DNA of 63,763 bases, the filler included, from an uncultured Methanosarcinales archaeon (GTDB taxonomy: Archaea; Nanobdellota; Nanobdellia; Woesearchaeales; CAZOXR01): the NCBI GenBank assembly GCA_964566535.1. It is 4 parts of 4 records of this genome, joined end to end, with 100 filler letters (N's around TTAATTAATTAA, not from the genome) between each part and the next. Parts side by side here need not be neighbours in the genome. Positions count along the whole stretch, not along the records: positions 39,633 to 62,045 come from CAZMIO010000016.1; positions 62,146 to 63,763 come from CAZMIO010000031.1; 2 more parts are not named here. One strand, 5' to 3'. The notes under the pieces were generated by a model that had not been told where the DNA came from, ran no database searches, and saw only the letters and a program-made list of their open reading frames with translations. Position numbers and translations under genes: made by a program. Shown in pieces: positions 51,258 through 62,146 of this stretch. Every line of letters starts with the position of its first letter. Position 1 is the stretch's first letter.

Positions 51258-53387
51258 ATGATGGAATCAGAAAAAGAGCTGGATTACTTATACATTCTAA
51301 AAGCACTAAAAGAAATACCATTCAATGTAGGAAGAAAGTTATTAATCGATTTCCTCCAAGGAGACGAAGACAATAAATCAGTTCAAAAAAACAAACTATT
51401 CAATTTTGAAAACTTCGGAACCCTAGCCTACGACAAAGAAGAACTAAACCAATTGATAGAATCCCTGATCCAAAAAAGATTAGTAGCTATAGCAAAGTTA
51501 AATAACACCGTAGGATCCCAAAAATTCTGGAAACTTCTAGAAATCACAGAAAGAGGAAGAAAAGAAATAGAAAATCCATCCATATTTAACAAAAAAACAT
51601 TCTCAAACTACGAAGAAACAAAAACTATAATCACTGACGAGGACAAAAGAAAGTTCGAAGCATTTGGAGATTTCTTATCAAAATTCAACGATGAACAAAA
51701 GAAAGTAATCACTCACAGCAACAGTTCAATCTTATGCATAGCAGGAGCAGGCTCAGGAAAAACAACAGTTCTGACAAAAAGAATAGAATATCTAGTTAAG
51801 TACAAGTCAACAGACCCAAGCAAGATTCTTGCAATCACATTCACAAGAAAAGCAAGGCAGGAGATGATTAACAGATTATCAAATCTAGGATTATCAGATT
51901 CAGTCATGATAGAAACATTCAACTCATTCTGCGAAAAGATCCTAAGACAGCACAACAATTTACTATATGATAGACAAGTAAGAGTAACAACATACAGAGA
52001 CAAAATCAACATCATAAATAGGTCATTATCAAACTTAAATCTGACCATGGACAGAGCAATAAACATCTACTTCACATATGCTCAAAGAAGAAGCAAAACC
52101 AATGAACAGTTAGCAAACATATTCCTAAATGACTGTTTCTTTATTAGAGATTATTTCAAGTTCAAAAACAAAAAGATAGACAACAACTCATTCGAAAGCT
52201 ATGAATCAGAACATAAAGAATCCTCCAAGATGATGTTTAGCATGTGCAACTACATAGACGCCTTTATGAGAAAAAACGGTTTAAGAGATTTTGCTGACCA
52301 GCTTATCGACGCTTTAGAACTTTTCGAAAAAAACAAAGAACTAATCCCTAAATTTGACCACATCTTAATAGATGAGTACCAAGATGTAAACTCAACTCAA
52401 ATAAAACTAATCGACATCCTAAATCCAGAAAACATATTCTGTGTAGGGGACCCAAGACAATCCATTTATGGCTGGAGGGGTTCCGATATCAAATATATCT
52501 TAGACTTCAAAGAGAAATACAAAGAAAGCGATATCTTATCCCTAACAAAAAACTACAGATCAACAAAATCAATCGTACAACTCATAAACACATCATTAAA
52601 AAACCTAAACCTTCCAGACTTAGAATCTTCAATCGAAGGAGAAAAAGACATAAGGTTAATCAACTTTGATTCAGAAGATGCAGAATCGGAGTTCGTTATC
52701 CAGGGAATTCTACAAACAAAAACAAAAAGAGATGAAATATTTGTTCTTGCAAGAACTAATAGACAGCTAAATGAATTATCTCAAAAGATGAAACTAAGAG
52801 GGATAAGCCATGTTGTGAGAAGCGATGAACTAAGAAAAACAGTAATTGCAAAAGAAGGAGAAATAACGTTAGCAACAATCCATGCAATAAAAGGATTAGA
52901 AGCAGAAATGGTATTTGTAATTGGCTGTACCTCAAACAGATTCCCTTGCAAAGCATCTGAACACCCAGTAATTGATATGATAATAGTAGATGAATACGAT
53001 AAGGAAGAAGAAGAAAGAAGATTGCTGTATGTTGCAATGAGCAGAGCAAAAAAAAGCCTATACTTAACATATTCAGGAAAATCTCCAACCTATTTCATAA
53101 CAAAAAAGATGTTGGAGCTTATCAGCGAAGAAAAAAAACAAGTCAATACCAAATTCAACATATCTCAATCAAACGATGTTATGACTAGACTCAAAGACTG
53201 GAGAACAGGATTAAGCAAAGCCCACAACATCCCTTCATATATGATAATGCATGACAGAACAATTGTCGACATTGCAGTAAAGATGCCAATGTCAAAAGAA
53301 GACTTAGGAAATGTATACGGCTTCGGACCAGCCAAAATCCAAAAGTACGGAGAAGAAATTCTAAAAGTTGTAAATGGTATGGGTTAA
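51258..53387 (+). CDS. UvrD-like SF1 helicase with N-terminal RQC-like and C-terminal HRDC domains
   Basis: AGAGSGKT, DEYQD, GDPRQSIY, NYRS, TIHAIKGLE, YVAMSRA; HRDC (GFGPAKIQKYG). Confidence 0.88.
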   Translation: MMESEKELDYLYILKALKEIPFNVGRKLLIDFLQGDEDNKSVQKNKLFNFENFGTLAYDKEELNQLIESLIQKRLVAIAKLNNTVGSQKFWKLLEITERGRKEIENPSIFNKKTFSNYEETKTIITDEDKRKFEAFGDFLSKFNDEQKKVITHSNSSILCIAGAGSGKTTVLTKRIEYLVKYKSTDPSKILAITFTRKARQEMINRLSNLGLSDSVMIETFNSFCEKILRQHNNLLYDRQVRVTTYRDKINIINRSLSNLNLTMDRAINIYFTYAQRRSKTNEQLANIFLNDCFFIRDYFKFKNKKIDNNSFESYESEHKESSKMMFSMCNYIDAFMRKNGLRDFADQLIDALELFEKNKELIPKFDHILIDEYQDVNSTQIKLIDILNPENIFCVGDPRQSIYGWRGSDIKYILDFKEKYKESDILSLTKNYRSTKSIVQLINTSLKNLNLPDLESSIEGEKDIRLINFDSEDAESEFVIQGILQTKTKRDEIFVLARTNRQLNELSQKMKLRGISHVVRSDELRKTVIAKEGEITLATIHAIKGLEAEMVFVIGCTSNRFPCKASEHPVIDMIIVDEYDKEEEERRLLYVAMSRAKKSLYLTYSGKSPTYFITKKMLELISEEKKQVNTKFNISQSNDVMTRLKDWRTGLSKAHNIPSYMIMHDRTIVDIAVKMPMSKEDLGNVYGFGPAKIQKYGEEILKVVNGMG

Positions 53388-53434
53388 CAAAAGAATATTA
53401 TTTATATTAAGCCCTCGCCCCTACATATACACAA

Positions 53435-53953
53435 ATGAAACCACCAACATTAGCACCAAAAGCGAAACTCTTCCTAGCTCTAATGTACAAAGATAAATCT
53501 ACATTAGAAAAAGCAAAACAAGAACTAATAAACGAATTCGGACAAATAGACCGCCAATCAGAAGAATATAAATTCAACTTCACCGACTATTACGAACAAG
53601 AAATGGGAAAAAACCTAAAAAAGTTCTTCATCTCCTTCAAAAAAACAATAAACAGAGAATCTCTCCCAGACATAAGACTAACAACAGCTAAAATAGAAAA
53701 AAAATTCCTAAACAGCAACAACAGAACAATAAACATAGACTCTGGCTACATAACTCTAAACAATTTAGTATTAGCAACCGTCAAAGACAGACCTCATAAA
53801 GTTTACCTAGGAAAAGGGATCTATGCAGACCTAAACCTAATCCTAAAAAAGAAAGGTGCATTCGATTTCCCTTGGACTTTCAAAGACTACAGGCTAAAAC
53901 AAAATCAGGATTTCTTCAATCAAGTAAGAAACGACTTATTAAAAGGCAAATAA
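53435..53953 (+). CDS. DUF4416 family protein
   Basis: FTDYYEQEMG, RTINIDSGY, YLGKGIYA, WTFKDY. Confidence 0.82.
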   Translation: MKPPTLAPKAKLFLALMYKDKSTLEKAKQELINEFGQIDRQSEEYKFNFTDYYEQEMGKNLKKFFISFKKTINRESLPDIRLTTAKIEKKFLNSNNRTINIDSGYITLNNLVLATVKDRPHKVYLGKGIYADLNLILKKKGAFDFPWTFKDYRLKQNQDFFNQVRNDLLKGK

Positions 53954-54138
53954 ACACCCCATCTATAACGCAATTTTTCCTTTACAAATTAATTCAAGAA
54001 AAATTGCCAACAAAGATTTATTTTATTTAAAAACTAAAAAAATTTAACCATTGGAAAAAATTAAATCGTAATGGAAAGATTAATAAAAATATAAAATTAT
54101 GAAAACAATTAAAAAACATTGAAAACCAACAAAACCTC

Positions 54139-54510
54139 ATGAAAAAAATAATCATAAAAATCAACGATATTAAACTAGAAGCAGAATTAACTAATTCAGA
54201 AACAGCAGAAGAAATATACAACGCACTACCCATAACAGCAAAGATCAGCACTTGGGGAGATGAGATCTACTTCGAAATACCAGTACACGTAGAACTAGAT
54301 CAAACAGCAAAAGAAGTAGTAGACAAAGGAGACCTAGGATTCTGGCCACAAGGAGACTGTTTCTGCATTTTCTACGGCCCAACTCCTGCATCTAAAGGAA
54401 ACGAAATTAGACCAGCATCAAAAGTAAACATTTTCGGAAAAGTTACAAGCGATACCGAAATCCTAAAAACAATAAAAGACAACCCAGAAATCACAATAGA
54501 AAAGGCTTAA
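54139..54510 (+). CDS. Cyclophilin-like fold protein
   Basis: WGDEIYF, GFWPQG.CFCIFYGPTP. Confidence 0.85.
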   Translation: MKKIIIKINDIKLEAELTNSETAEEIYNALPITAKISTWGDEIYFEIPVHVELDQTAKEVVDKGDLGFWPQGDCFCIFYGPTPASKGNEIRPASKVNIFGKVTSDTEILKTIKDNPEITIEKA

Positions 54511-54570
54511 AGCAATTTGTTACAATAAAAACACTATCTTTTTAAAATAAGTATAACTTTCACTATTAAA

Positions 54571-54720
54571 ATGTCAGAAATTTTCCATCCAGTCAATGAT
54601 GGGTGGCCTAAAGCCAATCTTCATCAAGGATGTGGAAATTTTCTGAGCATGCTCAAGAACCACGGAATGTAACAACCCACATCTACATTCCACCAATATT
54701 TGATTAGTGGTTCTTGACAT
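54571..54720 (+). repeat. Palindromic structured element, copy C, in the pckG leader
   Basis: ATGTCAGAAA...TTTCTGAGCATGCTCAAGAACCAC...GTGGTTCTTGACAT, followed directly by AGGAGG. Confidence 0.75.
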
Positions 54721-54734
54721 AGGAGGCAAACAAA

Positions 54735-56594
54735 ATGAATATCGACAAATCAATTTTAAACGAAGAGAACTTAAGGAAATTAGGGGCTTTAAACAATCCT
54801 CACGTAAATAAGATAGTAGAAGAATACATTAACTTATGCAAACCTGCAAAAGTTACAGTTCTAACAGATTCAAAAGAAGATTTACAATACACTAGAGATC
54901 TAGCACTAAAAAACGGAGAAGAAAAACCTTTAGCAACAGAAGGTCACACAATCCATTTTGATGGCTATAACGACCAAGGAAGAGACCTAGAAAACACTAG
55001 AGTTCTACTACCAGAAGGACTAAAACTTGCAAAAGCAATCAAAACAAAGGAAAGAGAAGAAGGCATAAAAGAAATATTCCAACTTTTAGACGGAATAATG
55101 GCTGGTAAGGAGATGATCATCAAATTCTACTGCCTTGGACCAGAAAACTCAAAATTCTCAATTTCTGCACTGCAGATAACAGATTCAGCATATGTAGTCC
55201 ATAGTGAAGACATCCTTTACAGGCAAGGCTACGAAGAATTCAAAAGACTGAATGGTTCAGAGAAATTCTTCCATTTCATCCATTCAACAGGGGAGTTAGA
55301 AAACAACGCTCCAAAAAACATAGACAAGAGAAGAGTTTACATGGACTTAGAGGAAGAAAGGGTATTCACAATAAACAACTCATACGCAGGAAACGCAGTG
55401 GGTCTAAAAAAATTAGCATTAAGGTTAGCTATAAGCAAAGCTCAAAAAGAAGACTGGCTATGTGAACACATGTTCATCATGGGAATCCACCCAGAAGGAA
55501 AAGACAGAGTTACTTACTTTACTGGGGCCTTCCCAAGTGCTTGCGGAAAAACATCTACTGCAATGATTCCCGGTCAGACAATAATTGGGGATGACATCGC
55601 ATACATCCGTCCAGGAGAAGACGGAGTTCCAAGAGCAGTTAATGTCGAACAGGGAATATTCGGAATAATTGAAAACATAAATCAAAAGAATGACCCATTA
55701 ATCTACAAAGCATTAACAACACCAAGAGAACTAATAGTCTCAAACATTTTGATAAAAGACAACAACCCTTACTGGCTTGGTATGGGAATGGACCTTCCAG
55801 AAGAAGGATTTAATCATTCAGGAGAGTGGAAAGCAGGAAACAAAGACAGTGATGGAAAAGATATAACTCCTGCACATAAAAATGCAAGATATACAATAAG
55901 AATTAATGAACTAGACAATGCAGACAAAAACTGCGATAATCCGCAAGGTGTTCCAGTAAATGGGTTTATCTACGGAGGCCGTGATTCAGACACATCAGTA
56001 CCAGTTTCACAATCATTAAGCTGGGCTCATGGAGTATTCATTGGAGCTGCAATTGAATCAGAAACAACAGCGGCAGCAATAGGTCAAGTTGGAGTAAGAA
56101 AACACAATCCGATGTCAAATGTAGAGTTCTTGACAGTTCCGTTAAGCACCTACATCCAAAATCACTTAAGGTTTGGTGACGAATTAGACAAACCACCATT
56201 AATCTTCGCAACAAACTACTTCCTAAAGGAAAACGACCAATTCCTAAATGAAATAGTGGACAAGAAAGTTTGGATGTTATGGATGGAAGGCCGTGTTCAC
56301 AACGAATACGAAGCAATTGAAACGCCAGTTGGATTCCTCCCAAAACACGAAGACTTAAAGCAATTGTTCAAAGAAGTATTCGACAGAGACTATACTGAAG
56401 AAGAATATAATCAGCAATTCTCAATAAAAACAACCAACTTATTGGAAAAATTAGACAGAATTGAAGAAATCTTCAAGCAAGAAGATGATATTCCAGAAAC
56501 GTTCTACCAACATTTAGAACAACAAAGGACTAGACTAAAGGAAGCTAAAGAAAAGCAAGGTAAGGACATAATCCAACCAGCCGACTTTAGTTAA
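54735..56594 (+). CDS. pckG: Phosphoenolpyruvate carboxykinase (GTP)
   Basis: EHM, FPSACGKTS, GDDIA, HKNARY, YGGRD. Confidence 0.95.
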   Translation: MNIDKSILNEENLRKLGALNNPHVNKIVEEYINLCKPAKVTVLTDSKEDLQYTRDLALKNGEEKPLATEGHTIHFDGYNDQGRDLENTRVLLPEGLKLAKAIKTKEREEGIKEIFQLLDGIMAGKEMIIKFYCLGPENSKFSISALQITDSAYVVHSEDILYRQGYEEFKRLNGSEKFFHFIHSTGELENNAPKNIDKRRVYMDLEEERVFTINNSYAGNAVGLKKLALRLAISKAQKEDWLCEHMFIMGIHPEGKDRVTYFTGAFPSACGKTSTAMIPGQTIIGDDIAYIRPGEDGVPRAVNVEQGIFGIIENINQKNDPLIYKALTTPRELIVSNILIKDNNPYWLGMGMDLPEEGFNHSGEWKAGNKDSDGKDITPAHKNARYTIRINELDNADKNCDNPQGVPVNGFIYGGRDSDTSVPVSQSLSWAHGVFIGAAIESETTAAAIGQVGVRKHNPMSNVEFLTVPLSTYIQNHLRFGDELDKPPLIFATNYFLKENDQFLNEIVDKKVWMLWMEGRVHNEYEAIETPVGFLPKHEDLKQLFKEVFDRDYTEEEYNQQFSIKTTNLLEKLDRIEEIFKQEDDIPETFYQHLEQQRTRLKEAKEKQGKDIIQPADFS

Positions 56595-56639
56595 CTAGAA
56601 AGAGAACAATTTATATACTTTTTATTCTTTTTATTATAT

Positions 56640-57758
56640 ATGAAAACCCAGTTATCTTCCTTAGACATACATTATCTGATAAAAGAACTCAAACTACTAA
56701 TCAATGCTAGAGTTGACAATATATACAGTCCAACAAAAAAAGAACTATTAATCCAATTCTATGTATCCAGCAAAGGAAAAAAGATCTTAAAAGTATTAGC
56801 CGGAAAATTCTTCTACCTCTCAGAAACCAAAGGCTCATTCGAAGAACCATCTCAATTCTGCATGTTTCTGAGAAAATATCTAAATAATTCAAGATTAAAA
56901 TCAGTATCCCAAAAGGAATCAGAAAGAATCATAGAACTTCTCTTCGAAACAAAAGAAAAGAAACTAAAACTCATAATCGAATTCTTCTCAACAGGAAATA
57001 TCCTCCTCTGCAACAAAGACGACCTTATCCTCTCAGCAATAGAATACAATAAATGGAAAGACCGTGAAGTAAGACCAAAAGTAAAATACAATTACCCAAA
57101 AAAAGACTATAATCTATTCAACATAAAAGAAACTGACCTAACGACCCTAATAAACAATTCAAAAAAAGATAAATTAGTGACAGCGTTAGCAGTAGAACTG
57201 GGCATTGGGGGACTATACGCAGAAGAACTTTGCACTTTATCAAAAATAAACAAAGCCACAGAACCCTCAGAAATAGACCAAGATCAAATAAAACTCATAT
57301 TAAAAGCAGTAAAAGAAATAACAACAAAAACAATTTCTCCATTAATCTACTACGAAAACGACGAAGTAAAAGAGATTACGCCATTCAAATTAAACCTATT
57401 AAGCAAACTAAAATCAAAAGAATTCAAAACATTCAACGAATCTTTAGACTATTACTTTCTAAATGAATACAAAGAACCCAAAAAAGAAACAAAATTTGAA
57501 ATCGAAATCAAAAAATTAAAAGCAATAACTCAAAAGCAAAAAGACCACATTGACGAATTAGCCATAGAAAGGGAAGAAAACAAAGAAAAAGCAGAAGAAA
57601 TATATAATCATTACAAAACATTAGGTAACGTTATCAAGGAAATCAACACAGCATCAAAAAAGTTCCCTTGGAAAGAGATAAAAGACAGGCTAAAAGGCCA
57701 CAAATTAATTAAAGAATTAAATCTTAAGGAAAAAAAGATACTAGTTGAGATCAAATAA
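56640..57758 (+). CDS. NFACT-N / RqcH (Rqc2)-like protein, short form
   Basis: SSLDI, FCMFLRKYL, ERII, EFFSTGN, LGIGGLYAEE. Confidence 0.82.
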   Translation: MKTQLSSLDIHYLIKELKLLINARVDNIYSPTKKELLIQFYVSSKGKKILKVLAGKFFYLSETKGSFEEPSQFCMFLRKYLNNSRLKSVSQKESERIIELLFETKEKKLKLIIEFFSTGNILLCNKDDLILSAIEYNKWKDREVRPKVKYNYPKKDYNLFNIKETDLTTLINNSKKDKLVTALAVELGIGGLYAEELCTLSKINKATEPSEIDQDQIKLILKAVKEITTKTISPLIYYENDEVKEITPFKLNLLSKLKSKEFKTFNESLDYYFLNEYKEPKKETKFEIEIKKLKAITQKQKDHIDELAIEREENKEKAEEIYNHYKTLGNVIKEINTASKKFPWKEIKDRLKGHKLIKELNLKEKKILVEIK

Positions 57759-57760
57759 AA

Positions 57761-59152
57761 ATGGCACAAGGCGATTTTAACAAAGACATGAACAAACAAT
57801 TTGGAAAACAAGGCACACCCAGTCCAATTGAGAATCTCAAATCAAAAATTTCTAATTTTAAAAGAAACCATATTGACATGGAAAAAGTACAAAAACTAAA
57901 AAACCTTTCTTCAAACTTATCAAAAAAAATATCTAATCTGAAGGAAAAATTACCTAAAGGAAACGTAATGGGGAGAATAAGGTCAATTAAAGCACCAGAT
58001 ATGTCCCAATTAGCAAGAAAAATAAGTGAAATGAGACAAAAAATACCTTCACCTTCAAAAACAATTTCTCCAAAACCCACCCCTAACACTTCAGATATAA
58101 ATGAGCTAATTTCTAAAGAAGCAAGCAAGAAAGAAACTGAATTAGAACAAACATCTGGTGAACTATCTCAGCTTAAAGCAGAAAAAGAAGCACTAGAAAA
58201 TTACGTTCAAGATTCAAGAGAAAAACAGCAAAGAGAAAAAGAGATGATAGAGAAACTAAGAACGGAAAAAGAAACTCAAGAAGTAGAAAGAAAGCTTAGA
58301 TTAGCTCAACAATTAAAATTAAACCAAGAAAAAATCTCAACAATAGAAAAAGAAAAAGAAGTAAGCATACATGAAAAAGAAAGAATCCGGCAAGAGATAG
58401 AGAACCTCCAAGCTAAAAAAAGAGAAGAAGAAATAAGATTAAATGAAGTTCAAAAGTTCAGAAAACAAGAAGAAAAAGGATTGGGGATCAAAAAATTCGT
58501 AGTGCCTCAATTATTGAATCAACAAGAAAGGGCTACTTATGTAGCACAAAGGAAACAGCAGGAAGAAGAAAAGAAACAACAAAAAGAATTAGAAAGACAA
58601 AAGAGACTAGAAGGATTAAAGCTACAACAAGAAGAGAGGATAAAAAGGGACGAGGAACTAAGAAAACAAGACGAACTCAAACGACAAAAAAATCTAGAAG
58701 CGATAAAAAAACAAGAAGAAGAAAAAAGAAAAAAGATAGAAGAACTAAAACAACAAAAGATTCTAGAAAAACAAAGGAAAACAGAAGAAAAAAGAAAGAA
58801 AGGCTTCAGATTAGGATTCCTCTACATCAAATCAGCAGATCAAGTAAAAAAAGAAAAGGAAGAAGAAGAAAAGATAAGGCAGCTAAAAGAAGAAAAAGAG
58901 AGGCAAAGGACTAAAAAAGCTGCAGAAGAATTGGAAAAAGTAACAAAACAAAACTCCAAATTCTTCAATAAAAAAAATAAAGCTGAAAAAGAAGAAGTTT
59001 ACACAAACGTAGCAGACTCTTCTTCATCCACATTATATCCAGAAAACCAAGAATCCGATTATACAATCAAAAACAACGAAGAGAAAAAAGAGAGCGATTA
59101 CCAAATTAAAGTTGTTAAAAAAGACCACGGTTTCTTCAATACAAGGAAATAG
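57761..59152 (+). CDS. K/E/Q-rich coiled-coil hypothetical protein
   Basis: 463-aa low-complexity helical ORF. Confidence 0.7.
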   Translation: MAQGDFNKDMNKQFGKQGTPSPIENLKSKISNFKRNHIDMEKVQKLKNLSSNLSKKISNLKEKLPKGNVMGRIRSIKAPDMSQLARKISEMRQKIPSPSKTISPKPTPNTSDINELISKEASKKETELEQTSGELSQLKAEKEALENYVQDSREKQQREKEMIEKLRTEKETQEVERKLRLAQQLKLNQEKISTIEKEKEVSIHEKERIRQEIENLQAKKREEEIRLNEVQKFRKQEEKGLGIKKFVVPQLLNQQERATYVAQRKQQEEEKKQQKELERQKRLEGLKLQQEERIKRDEELRKQDELKRQKNLEAIKKQEEEKRKKIEELKQQKILEKQRKTEEKRKKGFRLGFLYIKSADQVKKEKEEEEKIRQLKEEKERQRTKKAAEELEKVTKQNSKFFNKKNKAEKEEVYTNVADSSSSTLYPENQESDYTIKNNEEKKESDYQIKVVKKDHGFFNTRK

Positions 59153-59189
59153 TAACCTTTTTAAACCTAGTATAACTACCTTTTCTATT

Positions 59190-59302
59190 GGACGGTCATA
59201 GGGGCTTGGTTCTACCTGTTCTCATTTCGAACACAGCAGTCAAGCAAGCCTCCGTTTCTGAGTGTACTGTTCTTCTGAACGGGAAATCAGAAAAGCTGTC
59301 CG
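59190..59302 (+). rRNA. rrf: 5S rRNA
   Basis: Helix I GGACGGU/GCUGUCC; loop C consensus CCUGUUCUCAUUUCGAACACAG; AGUGUACU...GGGAAA; upstream TTTTTAAA box and downstream T-run. Confidence 0.9.
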
Positions 59303-59355
59303 CCTTTTTTTTCTAATCAAAACAATTATATATCTAATTCAACCTACTTCTAACC

Positions 59356-59535
59356 ATGCCAAAAAGCCAAGTCATTCTAGGGGCAATATTAATCATTCTA
59401 AGCCCATTCTTACTATTCATCCCAGTTGTAGGCCTAGTATACACTCCAATGCTAGTACTAATTGGAATTGCACTAATAATTTTTCAAAATAAAGAATCTG
59501 AAATAGAAAACATTAAGGGGGACAAGAAAAAATGA
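59356..59535 (+). CDS. Small membrane protein (59 aa)
   Basis: Manual translation MPKSQVILGAILIILSPFLL...; ATGA overlap with the next gene. Confidence 0.7.
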   Translation: MPKSQVILGAILIILSPFLLFIPVVGLVYTPMLVLIGIALIIFQNKESEIENIKGDKKK

Positions 59536-59846
59536 TTGTAACATCAACAGATGAAGTACCAGGAAAAAAAGTATATCAAATATTAGGTGTAGTAAAGGGC
59601 AACACCGTAAGATCTAAACACATAGGAAGGGATATAATGGCAGGCTTCAAAACAATAGTTGGCGGAGAAATCAAAGGCTATACTGACATGCTAACACAAG
59701 CAAGAACAGAAGCATACAACAGAATGGTAAACGAAGCAACCAGCCTAAAAGCAGACGCAATCCTAAATGTAAGGTTTATGACCTCTGCTGTAATGCAAAG
59801 CGCTGCTGAAATGCTAGCATATGGTACTGCTGTTAAACTTAAATAA
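59532..59846 (+). CDS. YbjQ/UPF0145 family protein
   Basis: VGGEIKGYT, YGTAV. Confidence 0.92.
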   Translation: MIVTSTDEVPGKKVYQILGVVKGNTVRSKHIGRDIMAGFKTIVGGEIKGYTDMLTQARTEAYNRMVNEATSLKADAILNVRFMTSAVMQSAAEMLAYGTAVKLK

Positions 59847-59918
59847 CCTATCCTAACCAGGTAGAATAACAGTAAGATATTTATAACAATAATAAATCCT
59901 ACCACCTAAGGTGGTTCG

Positions 59919-62045
<2,127 letters not shown>

Positions 62046-62145
62046 NNNNNNNNNNNNNNNNNNNNNNNNNNNNNNNNNNNNNNNNNNNNTTAATTAATTA
62101 ANNNNNNNNNNNNNNNNNNNNNNNNNNNNNNNNNNNNNNNNNNNN
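62046..62145. other. Artificial contig spacer
   Basis: N-run with TTAATTAATTAA. Confidence 0.99.
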
Positions 62146-62146
62146 C

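Noticed and set aside
19777..54720. CRISPR array or tRNA interpretation of the palindromic elements
   Set aside because: The copies are dispersed with no repeat-spacer periodicity, no cas genes, and no cloverleaf or T-loop motif
59262..59492. 76-aa ORF
   Set aside because: Overlaps the 5S rRNA and a better small ORF at 59356-59535
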